A stretch of DNA of 62,467 nucleotides from a virus (IMGVR_UViG_3300045115_000277:1-62467); one strand, 5' to 3'; positions 8,116 through 18,112 are shown, counted from the first letter of the stretch. Notes: generated by a model from the sequence alone, not told the origin. A program made the numbers and translations.

Positions 8116-8685
8116 ATGTCTGACGGCAACGTGGCGGCTGACCAGCTCCGCCTTCTGATTGAGCGCATCGAGCGGCTCGAGGAAGAAAAAAAGGGCATCA
8201 ACGACGACATCAAGGACGTCTATCTGGAGGCGAAAGCCACCGGCTATGACGTCAAGACCATGCGCGCCATCATCCGCTTGAGGAAGATGGAGAAGAACGC
8301 CCGGCAGGAAGCGGAAGCTCTGCTGGAAACTTACAAGGTTGCCCTCGGCATGGAGGACGCGCCCGCCCGCACGCCGGACATGTTTCAGGAGCATGACGGC
8401 CGGCCCGACCCGTCCCGGCCGGCCCCTGCTCCATCGGCGAGCGATGCCGAGCGGTTCAACGAGGCGATGAACCTCGTCATCGACCATCAGAACGCGTCGA
8501 CATCGTGGCTCCAGCGCCAGATGCGCATCGGTTACAATGCGGCAGCCCGGCTGGTCGAGCAGCTGGAAACGCGTGGCGTCGTCGGCCCGCCCAACCATGT
8601 CGGCAAGCGTGACGTGCTGGTCCCGCCTGCCGGACAGGCACATCCTGCCCTCGCGATGATGGCGGAGGCGGCTGGCGTCACATGA
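8116..8685 (+). CDS. GapR (DUF2312) fused to FtsK gamma domain
   Basis: [21 protein letters not shown]...[12 protein letters not shown]...YKVALGM, then [32 protein letters not shown]. Confidence 0.88.
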   Translation: MSDGNVAADQLRLLIERIERLEEEKKGINDDIKDVYLEAKATGYDVKTMRAIIRLRKMEKNARQEAEALLETYKVALGMEDAPARTPDMFQEHDGRPDPSRPAPAPSASDAERFNEAMNLVIDHQNASTSWLQRQMRIGYNAAARLVEQLETRGVVGPPNHVGKRDVLVPPAGQAHPALAMMAEAAGVT

Positions 8686-9119
8686 GCCGCAAGTCCATGC
8701 GCGCCCGTCTGGAGGCGCGCCTAATCGCCGAGGGCAAGCTGCCGCCCAAGACCCAGCCCGCGCCATCACGCGGGAAGGAGCGTCTCTACGCGCTCGGCCG
8801 GCTCAAGGTCGGCGAGAAGAACCAGACCGAGCAGCGATACGAGGATGAGGTGTTGAAGCCCGGCCTCATTGCCGGCGAGATCCTCTGGTATCGCTTCGAG
8901 GGCATCAAGCTCAGGCTCGCCGACAATACCTTCCTCACGGTCGACTATGCCGTGCTGCCCGCCGACGGCGTGCTGACCATGGTCGATGTGAAGGGCGCGG
9001 CCGCGATCGTGCAGGAGGACGCGCGCGTGAAGATGCGCGTGGCCGCCGACAGCTATCCGTTCGCCTTTCGGCTGGCCTTCCCAGCCAAGGGCGGCGGCTG
9101 GACGGTCAAGGAGGTCTGA
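8682..9119 (+). CDS. PD-(D/E)XK endonuclease (putative resolvase)
   Basis: [18 protein letters not shown]...VDVKG...RVKMRVAA. Confidence 0.7.
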   Translation: MSRKSMRARLEARLIAEGKLPPKTQPAPSRGKERLYALGRLKVGEKNQTEQRYEDEVLKPGLIAGEILWYRFEGIKLRLADNTFLTVDYAVLPADGVLTMVDVKGAAAIVQEDARVKMRVAADSYPFAFRLAFPAKGGGWTVKEV

Positions 9120-9121
9120 CC

Positions 9122-10201
9122 ATGTCATGGGAGGCCGAACATTGGGCGCGTCAGCAGCGCACGGGCGACCCGGTCACGAAAGCCGTTCTGGTCGGGCTCG
9201 CCAACTGGATGAACCCGAAGGGTGACGACTGCCAGGTGTCGATGCGCCGGCTGGCGGACGAGGTCGAAATCTCCGTTCGAACGGCCCAGCGCCATATCCA
9301 GCGCCTAGAGGCGATGGGGCTGATCGAGAAGCATGAAGCGCAGCGCGAGGACGGTGGACAGGGTTGGAACAGCTTCCGCTTTCCGAGTTACAGACCCCCG
9401 CGTGTGTCGCATGTGGAACCGGCAGGCAAGCAGGCGAAACCCCCTGTCAAATTGTCACCCCCCCCTGCCAATCTGACAGAGGGGGAGGGCGACAAATTGA
9501 CACCCTCCCCCCACGACAATTTGACACGGGGAGCCGCGCCAAATTGTCATGGGGAGGGTGACAATGGTGTCACCCCAGAGAGAGGAAAAGGACTAGATAA
9601 TACCCCCCCTACCCCCCCTCCCGGGGGGAGCGATGATGGGGCAAAAAGAAATCGGGGATCACGGATCGCGGAGGATTGGTCCGCACCGTCGATCGCGGAC
9701 CTGCCACCCGCAGCGAAAGCCAAGGCGCGCCAATGGCCGCCTGGAGCCTACGAAGCCGAGGCCGAGGCGTTTCACAGTTTCTGGCTCGGCGAAAGCCGCG
9801 CCGGCTCGCGCAAGAGCGACTGGAAGCGAGCGTGGTGCAACCGGATCAACGAGATCACGGGCCGTGTCCTGCGCGACGCCAAGGCCGGTGTGCGGCACAC
9901 GCCTGCTGCGCCGCCAGCGCCGCCCACGGCATCCAGGTCGCACGACACGACGCGGGAGAACGCCGCCGCCCACAAAATCCGCGACGCCGTCCGCAAGCGG
10001 CTCGGCGGTCAGGTCTACGAGCAATGGATCGCGCCGTCGCGCCTCGACGTCCACGCCGGCACGTTAACGATCGTCGCGGTCAGCGCGTTCGCCAGCACCT
10101 ATCAACGCGACAATTTCGCGGGCGAGATCGGCCAGGCGATGCACGCCGTGCTCGGACCAGACGCAGAACTCCGCTTCCATCACGAAAGGCCTCCAGCATG
10201 A
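9122..10201 (+). CDS. Replication initiator: N-terminal wHTH, C-terminal DnaA domain I-like
   Basis: KAVLVGLAN...SMRRLADEVEISVRTAQRHIQRLEAMGLI; C-terminal LGGQVYEQWIAP...LTIVAVSAF; internal iterons. Confidence 0.8.
   Translation: MSWEAEHWARQQRTGDPVTKAVLVGLANWMNPKGDDCQVSMRRLADEVEISVRTAQRHIQRLEAMGLIEKHEAQREDGGQGWNSFRFPSYRPPRVSHVEPAGKQAKPPVKLSPPPANLTEGEGDKLTPSPHDNLTRGAAPNCHGEGDNGVTPERGKGLDNTPPTPPPGGSDDGAKRNRGSRIAEDWSAPSIADLPPAAKAKARQWPPGAYEAEAEAFHSFWLGESRAGSRKSDWKRAWCNRINEITGRVLRDAKAGVRHTPAAPPAPPTASRSHDTTRENAAAHKIRDAVRKRLGGQVYEQWIAPSRLDVHAGTLTIVAVSAFASTYQRDNFAGEIGQAMHAVLGPDAELRFHHERPPA
9445..9572. repeat. Six iteron-like repeats (YGHCAAWYTGWCA): putative phage origin
   Basis: Copies start at 9445, 9466, 9490, 9514, 9537 and 9559 (spacing 21-24 bp; last copy degenerate), inside the initiator gene. 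Confidence 0.8.
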
Positions 10202-10410
10202 ACTCACCCGCCGACGAAATCCGCGCTCTTGCGGCGCGGGCCCTGGATGATGCCCGGGCGGAGAATGATGCCGCACGCGAGGCTGTCGTCCGCGCGCAAG
10301 CCTACATGGACAAAGCTATGGAACTGAGCGCCCTCGCCGACCGCATCGACACGACCACCATCGATGGCGGCGACCGCGAACTGCAAGTCTCCATCGTCCG
10401 ACCAGCGTGA
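10198..10410 (+). CDS. Hypothetical protein
   Basis: ATGA overlap; helical 70 aa. Confidence 0.55.
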   Translation: MNSPADEIRALAARALDDARAENDAAREAVVRAQAYMDKAMELSALADRIDTTTIDGGDRELQVSIVRPA

Positions 10411-10667
10411 CGCAGCGCGTCGGAGAGTTTGAATGCCTGTGCGGCGCACGCGAGATCGCCGACGATCAGCCCGTGCCGCGCACCTGCTGGAACTGCAAGG
10501 CTGAAACGATGGGCGCGTTCGGTAACCGCGCAACGCGCATCGATGTTACGGCCACGCCACCGCCCCCACCGGCACGCGATATTCCTGTTCACTCCCAACA
10601 CCCTGCCCGCGCGCGCCCAGCGCCGAAAAATCAGCCACTTAACGCCGATCAGCTAGAATTTCTGTGA
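10407..10667 (+). CDS. Small zinc-ribbon-like protein
   Basis: ECLCG...TCWNCK; GTGA overlap. Confidence 0.55.
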   Translation: MTQRVGEFECLCGAREIADDQPVPRTCWNCKAETMGAFGNRATRIDVTATPPPPPARDIPVHSQHPARARPAPKNQPLNADQLEFL

Positions 10668-10752
10668 GCATTGCCAGCTATCAACATGAAATTGCTTGCA
10701 CGACCCCAGTCAGACGCGCGAGATTCGCGCCGGGCAATTGATCGAGCGGGCC

Positions 10753-11454
10753 ATGAAACAGGGACAAAAGCCGAAGAAGGCTTCCCGGAAGAGCGGGCGG
10801 CCGAAGAACGCTGACACGCAACGCCTCTCCATCATGCAGGAGAGGTTCGTTCACGAATATCTGGCGACCACGCCGCACAATGCCACCGCCGCCTACGCAC
10901 GCGCGGGCTATCAGGCGACCGGCCAGGCGGCCCGCACCGCCGCTGCGCGCCTGCTCAAGCAACCAGCCATTCAGGCAGCGATCGCCACGCTGCGCGAGAA
11001 AGACGCCGCCAAGTTCGAGATCACGCGCGAGCGGGTGCTGGAGGAATATGCCAAGCTGGCGTTCGTCGACCCGCGCAAGTTCTTCGGCGAGGACGGCACG
11101 CTGAAGCATCCGACCGAACTGGACGACGGCACCGCGGCGGCGCTCGTCCAGTTCGAGATCGAGGAGGAGTTCATCGGCGACGAGCCGGACACCGAGCTTG
11201 AGGCGCAGCCCCATGGCGGCGGCCTCAAGCGCCAGCACGCCAAGACGCTCGCGATCGGCCGCACCGCCAAGATCAAGTGGAGCGGCAAGAAGGAGGCGCT
11301 CGACAGCATCGTCAACCTGATGGGCTGGAAGAAGGAGCCCGCACCGCTAGGCACGCCCGAAAACCCCCTGACGATGATCGTGCAGGATCTGCAAGGCCGA
11401 AGGAGCGCCCTCACGCCGTTGAGCGCCCCGCTGGACGATGACGACGACGAATGA
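10753..11454 (+). CDS. terS: Terminase small subunit
   Basis: QERFVHEYL...NATAAYARAGY...AARLLKQPAIQAAI...ITRERVLEEYAKLAF. Confidence 0.9.
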   Translation: MKQGQKPKKASRKSGRPKNADTQRLSIMQERFVHEYLATTPHNATAAYARAGYQATGQAARTAAARLLKQPAIQAAIATLREKDAAKFEITRERVLEEYAKLAFVDPRKFFGEDGTLKHPTELDDGTAAALVQFEIEEEFIGDEPDTELEAQPHGGGLKRQHAKTLAIGRTAKIKWSGKKEALDSIVNLMGWKKEPAPLGTPENPLTMIVQDLQGRRSALTPLSAPLDDDDDE

Positions 11455-13022
11455 GCGTCATGAACCACAACTTCGTGCCGAACACGGCGGACGAGCTGAA
11501 GGCGTGCCTCGCCGATCCCATGTGGCGCGTCTGTTCGGGCCAGCTCTACAAGATCATGGTCAAGGACGACAGCATGTCGGAGGGCACCAAGGTCATGCCC
11601 TTCCGGCCGAACCGCGCGCAGAAGCGGTTCATTCGCCGACTGTGGTTCCGCAACCTCATCCTCAAGGCCCGGCAGCTGGGCTTCACGACGCTGGTCGCCA
11701 TCCTCTGGCTCGACCACGCCCTTTTCAACCCGAACCAGCGGTGCGGCATCGTCGCGCACGACAAGGACGCGGCCGAGAACATCTTCCGCGACAAGGTCCG
11801 CTTCGCCTACGACAATCTGCCCGAGCAGCTGCGCGCCGAAATGCGCCTCAAGCGCGACAGCGCCAAGGAGCTGCTGTTCGCCCACAACAACAGTTCGATT
11901 CGTGTCGCCACATCGATGCGGTCGGGCACCATCGACCGGCTGCACATTTCCGAGTTCGGGAAAATCTGCGCCAAATATCCCGACAAGGCGCGCGAAGTCG
12001 TCACCGGCTCGCTGCCGGCCGTGCCCTTGAACGGCATCGCCATCATCGAGAGCACCGCTGAGGGCCAGGGCAACGAGTTCCACTCGATGTCGGTCCGCGC
12101 CGAGGCGCGATCACAGATCGCCCGCGACCTGACGCAGCGTGAATGGCGGTTCCACTTCGAGCCGTGGTGGCGGAACGACGAATATGAGATGGACCCGACG
12201 GGCGTCGTCATTACGGCCAAAGAGCATGAATATTTCGACACCATCGAGGCCGCCGCCGACACCACGCTCAGCCTGCGCAAGCGTGCATGGTATATCGCGA
12301 CGCGCGACAGCGACTTCGCCGGCGACGACGAGAAGATGTGGCAGGAATATCCGTCCACGTCGAAGGAAGCATTCCAGCAGTCCAGCGCGGGCTGCTATTA
12401 CACCGTCCAGCTAACCGCCGCCCGCCGCTCCGGGCGCATCGGCAATGTGCCACTCGTCACCCACGTCCCGGTCAACACCTTCTGGGACATCGGCAACCGC
12501 GACGGCACGGCGATATGGCTGCATCAACGCGTCGGCCTTGAGCATCGCTTCGTCGGCTTCATCGAAGGCTGGGGCGAGCCTTTCGACTATTACGTGAAGG
12601 AGCTGGAGAAGCTCGGCTATCTATGGGGCGTCCATCACCTGCCCCACGACGCGGACCACAAGCGCCAGCTGGGCAACGTCGTGGCCGCGCCTATCGACAT
12701 GCTCCAGGAACTGCGGCCGACATGGCGGTTCGACATTGTGCCGCGCGTCGCCGACATCACCCACGGCATCCAGCAGACCCGCAATGTCTTCAGCCAGTGC
12801 TGGTTCGACGAGACGGCGTGCGCCGAGGGTCTCGCCCACCTCCAGAGCTACAGCAAGGAGCGCGACGCGCGGCTCGGCGTGTGGAAGCCCACACCCCGGC
12901 ACGACATCCATTCCGAGGGCGCCGACGCCTTCCGCCAGTTCGCCCAGGGCTGGTCCGAACCCACCGTAGCAGCCGGCGCGCGGCCCAGCCGCAAGCGGCG
13001 TCCTTCATCAATGGCGGCATGA
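11451..13022 (+). CDS. terL: Terminase large subunit
   Basis: LKARQLGFTT, LHISEFG, IESTAEG, WDIG and HSEGADAFR motifs. Confidence 0.93.
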   Translation: MSVMNHNFVPNTADELKACLADPMWRVCSGQLYKIMVKDDSMSEGTKVMPFRPNRAQKRFIRRLWFRNLILKARQLGFTTLVAILWLDHALFNPNQRCGIVAHDKDAAENIFRDKVRFAYDNLPEQLRAEMRLKRDSAKELLFAHNNSSIRVATSMRSGTIDRLHISEFGKICAKYPDKAREVVTGSLPAVPLNGIAIIESTAEGQGNEFHSMSVRAEARSQIARDLTQREWRFHFEPWWRNDEYEMDPTGVVITAKEHEYFDTIEAAADTTLSLRKRAWYIATRDSDFAGDDEKMWQEYPSTSKEAFQQSSAGCYYTVQLTAARRSGRIGNVPLVTHVPVNTFWDIGNRDGTAIWLHQRVGLEHRFVGFIEGWGEPFDYYVKELEKLGYLWGVHHLPHDADHKRQLGNVVAAPIDMLQELRPTWRFDIVPRVADITHGIQQTRNVFSQCWFDETACAEGLAHLQSYSKERDARLGVWKPTPRHDIHSEGADAFRQFAQGWSEPTVAAGARPSRKRRPSSMAA

Positions 13023-13024
13023 CA

Positions 13025-13450
13025 ATGGCACGACGCGAATTTGCTCTCGACCTCTCGCGCTATCACGAGCGCTTCGGCTACGGCGACCTGACCGTGTTCA
13101 TGACTTGGTTCGGCGACGAGCTTGTCCCCTGCCTCGTCATCGTGCCGTCGCACTATGAGGGCCATGAGCGCGTCACGCCCTGCGTCGTGCCCCAGCGCGC
13201 CGCGTGGGTGTGGAGCGAGACGCTGGGCGACCCGCGTCACTGCGCCCTCGCCTCCTACCAGTTCTGCCAGTTCCTGCGGATCAACCCTGACCCGAACAGC
13301 GTCATCCGCATCACGTCGATCATCCGCGATCACATCGGCGACCTCATCTCCATCCCCCCTGCTCCCTTCGAGACCGCCGTCGTGGCCGACGCCATACGGC
13401 GCGACAGCGACGGCAAGGAGCATCATACAGAGGTGCGCGACCGTGTTTGA
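13025..13450 (+). CDS. Hypothetical protein between terminase and portal
   Basis: MARREFALDLSR...; fills the terL-portal gap. Confidence 0.65.
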   Translation: MARREFALDLSRYHERFGYGDLTVFMTWFGDELVPCLVIVPSHYEGHERVTPCVVPQRAAWVWSETLGDPRHCALASYQFCQFLRINPDPNSVIRITSIIRDHIGDLISIPPAPFETAVVADAIRRDSDGKEHHTEVRDRV

Positions 13451-15758
13451 CGACACCATTCAGGCCAAAGGCATCGAGTTCGGCAAGGTCAGCAGGACCA
13501 CGCCGGAAGAGCGGCTCTATCCCGACAGCAACAACATGCTGCCGATCAAGCCGAACCGCCGCACGTCGGCGCTCGACAGCCCTCATGGCATCCAGCTCCA
13601 GCGCAAGCTGATCGGCTTCTACCAGCGCGAGCTGGAGCGCCAGGCGATCAATCGCGCCGCGATGGTCGAGGACGAGGACTTCTACGACAATGAGCAATGG
13701 TCGCAGGAAGACATCGCGACGCTGAAGGATCGCGGGCAGGAACCGCTCGTCTACAACGTCATCTCCACGACGGTGAACTGGGTGCTCGGCACCGAGAAGC
13801 GCAGCCGCACCGATTTCAAGGTACTGCCGCGCCGCAAGCAGGAGGGCAAGCCGGCCGAGCGCAAGACGCAGATTCTCAAGTATCTGTCGGACGTGAACCG
13901 CTCGCCCTTCCACCGGTCGCGCGCATTCGAGGACACAGTGAAGGTCGGCGTCGGCTGGCTGGAAGACGGCGTGCAGGACGAGGACGACGGCGAGCCCATC
14001 TACTCCCGCTACGAGAACTGGCGGAACATGCTGTGGGACAGCGCCTCGACCGAATATGACCTGTCCGACGCGCGCTATGTGTTCCGGTCCAAATGGCTGG
14101 ATTACGACGTCGGGGCGGCCCTGTTCCCCGAGCGTCGCAAGCATCTTCAGGAGGCATGTCGCGAGGCGGGCGCGTTCGGGACTGACTGGCTGTTCGGCGA
14201 CGAGGCCATGGACAGCCTTGAAGACGCGATTGCGGAGGGCACGCTCGATAACCTGGCTACCAATCGCGATCGCTTCCGTGCGATCGAGGCGTGGTTTCGC
14301 AAGCCGACGAAGGTCAAGACCATGCGTGGCGGCGACTTCCGCGGCGAGGTGTTCGACCAAGGCTATGAGCCCCACCAGCGCCAACTGGACGAGGGCCTCG
14401 CCACGCTAACCGATCGCGTGATGATGCGGATGCACGTCGCGGTCATGACCGAAAACGACCTGCTCTATGTCGGCGAGAGCCCTTACCGGCACAACCGATA
14501 CCCGTTCACGCCCATCTGGTGTTACCGGCGCGGCCGGGACGGGATGCCCTACGGCATGATCCGTGGCATGAAGGGCATCCAGCGCGACATCAACAAGCGC
14601 GCGACCAAAGCGCTGGCGATCCTCTCCTCCAACAAGGTGGTGATGGAAGAAGGCGCGGTTCCCGACATTGACGAGTTCGCCGAAGAGGTTGCGCGCCCAG
14701 ACGCGATCATTGTGGTGAAGAAAGGCCACGAACTGAAAATCGACGCCGACCGCGAGCTTGCGCCGGCACACCTCGACCTGATGAGCCGGTCGATCGTCAT
14801 GATCCAGCAGCAGAGTGGCGTGACCGACGAAAATCTCGGCCGCAAGACCAATGCTTCTTCCGGCATCGCGATCGGCCGTCGGCAGGAGCAAGGCGCTATG
14901 GCCACGGCCGGCATCTTCGACAACCTGCGCTTCGCCGCCCAGGTGCAGGGCGAGAAGCAGCTATCCACGGTCGAGCAGTTCATGACCGAGGAGAAGGCGT
15001 TCCGCATCACGAACATGCGCGGCACGCCCGAATATGTGACGGTCAACGATGGTCTACCCGAAAATGACATCGTCGCGACCAAGGCGGACTATGTCATCAG
15101 CGAGCAGGACTGGCGCGCGTCGGTGCGCGCGGCACAGACTGAGGAGCTGCTTGCCCTTCTCTCGCAGCTTGCACCGGTCAATCCCCAGGTCGCGCTCGTC
15201 ATGCTCGACCTCGTCGTCGAAGGCATGGACGTGCCCCAGCGCGACGAGCTGGTCCGACGGATCCGCAGCATCACAGGGATGCGTGACCCCGACGCGGAAG
15301 AGCCCACGCCTGAGGAAATTGCGCGCGAGCAAGCGCAGCAGGAGGCCCAGCAGCGGCAGGACGCGCTCACGGACGCGACGATCGCCGACAAGCAGGCCAG
15401 CGCGCAGCAGAAGGCGGCGCAGGCGCAGCGCCTCGCCGTCGAGGCGCAGAAGGCCCAGACGGCCATCGCGGCCGGCAATATGGGCGCGGTGAAAACGGCA
15501 CTGGAGACGGCCTTGCAGATGCTGTCCGCCCCGGTCGCCGTGCCGATCGCCGACGATCTCCTCCGCGAGTCCGGTTTCATGCCCCGGTCGGAACAGGAAG
15601 AGGATGCCCGCATCGCCGGCGTCATCGAGGGCGAGGCGCAAGCCGATCAGGCGGCCGCGATGGAAGCGGCGCAACAGCAGCAGCTTGAGCAGCAGCAGGC
15701 CGGGGTCGCCGCCGAACCCGGCATGGATCAACCACCCGCGCCGATGGCCGGCGCTTAA
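13443..15758 (+). CDS. Portal protein (podovirus type)
   Basis: DEDFYDNEQW...RGQEPLVYN, PYGMIRGMKGIQRDINKR, SGIAI; GTG start after GAGG. Confidence 0.9.
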   Translation: MFDDTIQAKGIEFGKVSRTTPEERLYPDSNNMLPIKPNRRTSALDSPHGIQLQRKLIGFYQRELERQAINRAAMVEDEDFYDNEQWSQEDIATLKDRGQEPLVYNVISTTVNWVLGTEKRSRTDFKVLPRRKQEGKPAERKTQILKYLSDVNRSPFHRSRAFEDTVKVGVGWLEDGVQDEDDGEPIYSRYENWRNMLWDSASTEYDLSDARYVFRSKWLDYDVGAALFPERRKHLQEACREAGAFGTDWLFGDEAMDSLEDAIAEGTLDNLATNRDRFRAIEAWFRKPTKVKTMRGGDFRGEVFDQGYEPHQRQLDEGLATLTDRVMMRMHVAVMTENDLLYVGESPYRHNRYPFTPIWCYRRGRDGMPYGMIRGMKGIQRDINKRATKALAILSSNKVVMEEGAVPDIDEFAEEVARPDAIIVVKKGHELKIDADRELAPAHLDLMSRSIVMIQQQSGVTDENLGRKTNASSGIAIGRRQEQGAMATAGIFDNLRFAAQVQGEKQLSTVEQFMTEEKAFRITNMRGTPEYVTVNDGLPENDIVATKADYVISEQDWRASVRAAQTEELLALLSQLAPVNPQVALVMLDLVVEGMDVPQRDELVRRIRSITGMRDPDAEEPTPEEIAREQAQQEAQQRQDALTDATIADKQASAQQKAAQAQRLAVEAQKAQTAIAAGNMGAVKTALETALQMLSAPVAVPIADDLLRESGFMPRSEQEEDARIAGVIEGEAQADQAAAMEAAQQQQLEQQQAGVAAEPGMDQPPAPMAGA

Positions 15759-15778
15759 CGCACGACGAAGGACCGACG

Positions 15779-16699
15779 ATGAACCCCGATGACGTGAACG
15801 ACGAAGACCTGAGCCTGCTCACGGATGAAGAGCGTGCAGGCATGGAGGATGACGACGAAGGCGACGACGCGGCCGATGATGCCGGCGACGACGGTGCCGA
15901 AGATGAGGAAGATGCCGGCGCCGACGACGAAGGCGACGAGGAAGATGGCGCTGCCGACGATAGCGGCGATGCAGACGGTGCGGACGACGCCGGCGACGCA
16001 GCTGACGATGCGGCGGGGCGGGACGACGGCGATGACGACGACGCTGCATCCTCGCCCCGGCCGAGCGGCGACCGCGTCGATCCGACCGAGGTTCAGACCA
16101 AGCTTGATGAGATCGCCAAGCAGAAGACCGACCTCGAAAAGCAGCTGGACGAAGGCGAGATCACGACGAAGGAATATGTCGCTGCCCTCGACAAGCTGAA
16201 CGACGACAAGGGCGAACTGACGGGCAAGCTTGCGCGGCAACAGGAGCAGGACGAGGCCGTCACCAAGGCTTGGTATGGCGACGTCAACAAGTTCCTGGCG
16301 AAGCACAAGGATGTCAGCGCGAACGACACGCGCCTCCAGTCGTTCGATTCGGTCGTGCGCCGCGTCACCGCCGATCCGGCGAACAGCAGCCTCAGCAATC
16401 GCAAGCAGCTGGAGAAGGCTCACGCCCTCTGGAAGGAGGAAATGGGCATCAGCGAGACGACGGAGTCCAAACCGAAGGCCAAGCCTGCCGCCGGAAAAGA
16501 GGCCACCAAGCCGAAGCCGACCAAGCGCGAACTGCCGCCAACGCTGCATAACCTGCCGGCGGCTGATCTTCAGGTCGGAGATGATGGCAAATTCTCCTAT
16601 CTCGATGCCCTGCTGAACTCCGGCAAGACCGTCGAATATGAAGACCAGCTGGGGCGGCTCTCGGAAGCGGACCAGCAGGATTATTTGAGCCGGGCGTAG
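15779..16699 (+). CDS. Putative scaffolding protein
   Basis: Very acidic N-terminus, coiled coil, position between portal and capsid. Confidence 0.7.
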   Translation: MNPDDVNDEDLSLLTDEERAGMEDDDEGDDAADDAGDDGAEDEEDAGADDEGDEEDGAADDSGDADGADDAGDAADDAAGRDDGDDDDAASSPRPSGDRVDPTEVQTKLDEIAKQKTDLEKQLDEGEITTKEYVAALDKLNDDKGELTGKLARQQEQDEAVTKAWYGDVNKFLAKHKDVSANDTRLQSFDSVVRRVTADPANSSLSNRKQLEKAHALWKEEMGISETTESKPKAKPAAGKEATKPKPTKRELPPTLHNLPAADLQVGDDGKFSYLDALLNSGKTVEYEDQLGRLSEADQQDYLSRA

Positions 16700-16734
16700 A
16701 GCACGGCTCACAACACTCAGAAAAGCGGGGACAT

Positions 16735-16908
16735 ATGCTCAGGCTCGATGTGCGTGTAGGCGAGAGCGTTGCCATAGGTGACGGGATCGTCCTGACGCTG
16801 GAGAAGAAGTCCGGCCAGCTGGCGCGCATCGCGTTCAAGGTCGATCCTGCCACCAAGATAAGGATGATGCCGGGCCTACCTGGCATCCCCCCTAAGACAT
16901 CGTCATAG
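16735..16908 (+). CDS. csrA: CsrA/RsmA-like RNA-binding protein (57 aa, not in ORF track)
   Basis: MLRLDVRVGESVAIGDGIVLTLEKKSGQLARIAFKVDPATKIRMMPGLPGIPPKTSS; 14 of the first 32 residues identical, ungapped, to E. coli CsrA as recalled ([32 protein letters not shown]); GGGG SD. Confidence 0.85.
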   Translation: MLRLDVRVGESVAIGDGIVLTLEKKSGQLARIAFKVDPATKIRMMPGLPGIPPKTSS

Positions 16909-16915
16909 GAACATG

Positions 16916-16999
16916 TTGCAAGTGTCGCGCGGATAGGGCAAAATCCGCGTCGGCAATGCGCATGAGTGCTCTGCGGGATTCAACTCCACGAGGGCACCA
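16916..16999 (+). promoter_or_regulatory. Capsid leader: TTGCAA-17-CAAAAT promoter, GCGCATGAGTG box (16958-16968), SD-sequestering stem
   Basis: GUGCUCU 16966-72 can pair with AGGGCAC 16991-97; ATG at 17000. Confidence 0.75.
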
Positions 17000-18100
17000 A
17001 TGGGACAGACTGTCATCCCCTTCGGCGATGCCAAGGCGCAGAAGAAGTGGTCGGGCAAGCTCTTCATCGACACGGCGAAGAAGAGCTACTTCCAACGCAA
17101 ATTCGTCGGCGAAGGCGAAAACAACATCATCCAGCGCAAGACTGAGCTGGACAGCGACGCGGGCGATCGCGTCAGCTACGACCTTTCCGTCCAGCTGCGC
17201 GGCAAGCCGACGGCGGGCGACAATCGCGTCAAGGGCAAGGAAGAAAGCCTCAAATTCTACACGGACGAGGTTGCGATCGACCAGCTTCGTCACCCCGTTT
17301 CCGCCGGCGGCCGGATGACGCGCAAGCGCACCGCGCACAATCTCCGCAACGTGGCGAAGGACCGGCTCTCCGATTACTGGTCGCAGTATATCGACGAGCT
17401 CAACTTCATCTACCTGTCGGGCGCACGCGGCATCAACGAGGATTTCATCGAGGACGCGGACTATACCGGCCATGCCGGTAATCCGATCCAGTCGCCGGAC
17501 TCCGAGCATATTCTGTTCGGCGGCGATGCCACCTCGAAGGGGACCATCAGTTCGGACGATGGCTTCACGCGTGAGCTTGTCGAGCGTGCATCGGTCCGGG
17601 CGCGCATGATGCGCGCGCTCAACCCCAAGACGGCGAACATGCTGCCGATCGATTTGAACGGCGAGCGCCACTACGTCATCCTCATGTCTCCCTTCCAGGA
17701 GTATAACATGCGGACCGAAGTGGGGGCCGCCGGCTGGATGGAAATCCAGAAGGCCGCTTCCGCCGCTGAGGGTAGGAACTCGCCGATCTTCAAGGGCGGG
17801 CTCGGCATGGTCAACAACGTCGTGCTCCATAGCCATGAATCGGTAATCCGGTTCAATGACTATGGCGCTGGCGCGAACCTCTCTGCCGCACGCGCCCTGT
17901 TCATGGGCCGCCAGGCGGGCGTGGTTGCCTACGGCTCCGCCGGCGGGCTCCGCTTCACCTGGAAGGAGGAAGTGGACGACTATGGCAACGAGCCAACCGT
18001 CGTCGCGGGCACCATCATCGGCGTGAAGAAAACCCGGTTCAACGGCAAGGATTTCGGCGTCATGGCGCTCGACACCTACGCACGAAACCCGGCCCAGTAA
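17000..18100 (+). CDS. Major capsid protein (N4 gp56 / DUF4043-like)
   Basis: KKWSGKLF...AGDRVSYDL...KGKEESLKFYTDEVAIDQLRH...NSPIFKGGLG...GVKKTRFNGKDFGV. Confidence 0.9.
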   Translation: MGQTVIPFGDAKAQKKWSGKLFIDTAKKSYFQRKFVGEGENNIIQRKTELDSDAGDRVSYDLSVQLRGKPTAGDNRVKGKEESLKFYTDEVAIDQLRHPVSAGGRMTRKRTAHNLRNVAKDRLSDYWSQYIDELNFIYLSGARGINEDFIEDADYTGHAGNPIQSPDSEHILFGGDATSKGTISSDDGFTRELVERASVRARMMRALNPKTANMLPIDLNGERHYVILMSPFQEYNMRTEVGAAGWMEIQKAASAAEGRNSPIFKGGLGMVNNVVLHSHESVIRFNDYGAGANLSAARALFMGRQAGVVAYGSAGGLRFTWKEEVDDYGNEPTVVAGTIIGVKKTRFNGKDFGVMALDTYARNPAQ

Positions 18101-18112
18101 GGAGCGGACGAC

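Noticed and set aside
9445-9572. Repeat-spacer pattern as a mini CRISPR array
   Set aside because: Repeats ~13 bp and spacers ~10 bp, inside a CDS, no cas genes; fits iterons
15840-16045. GAC/GAT-rich low-complexity tract
   Set aside because: Encodes the acidic scaffold N-terminus; not a DNA repeat element
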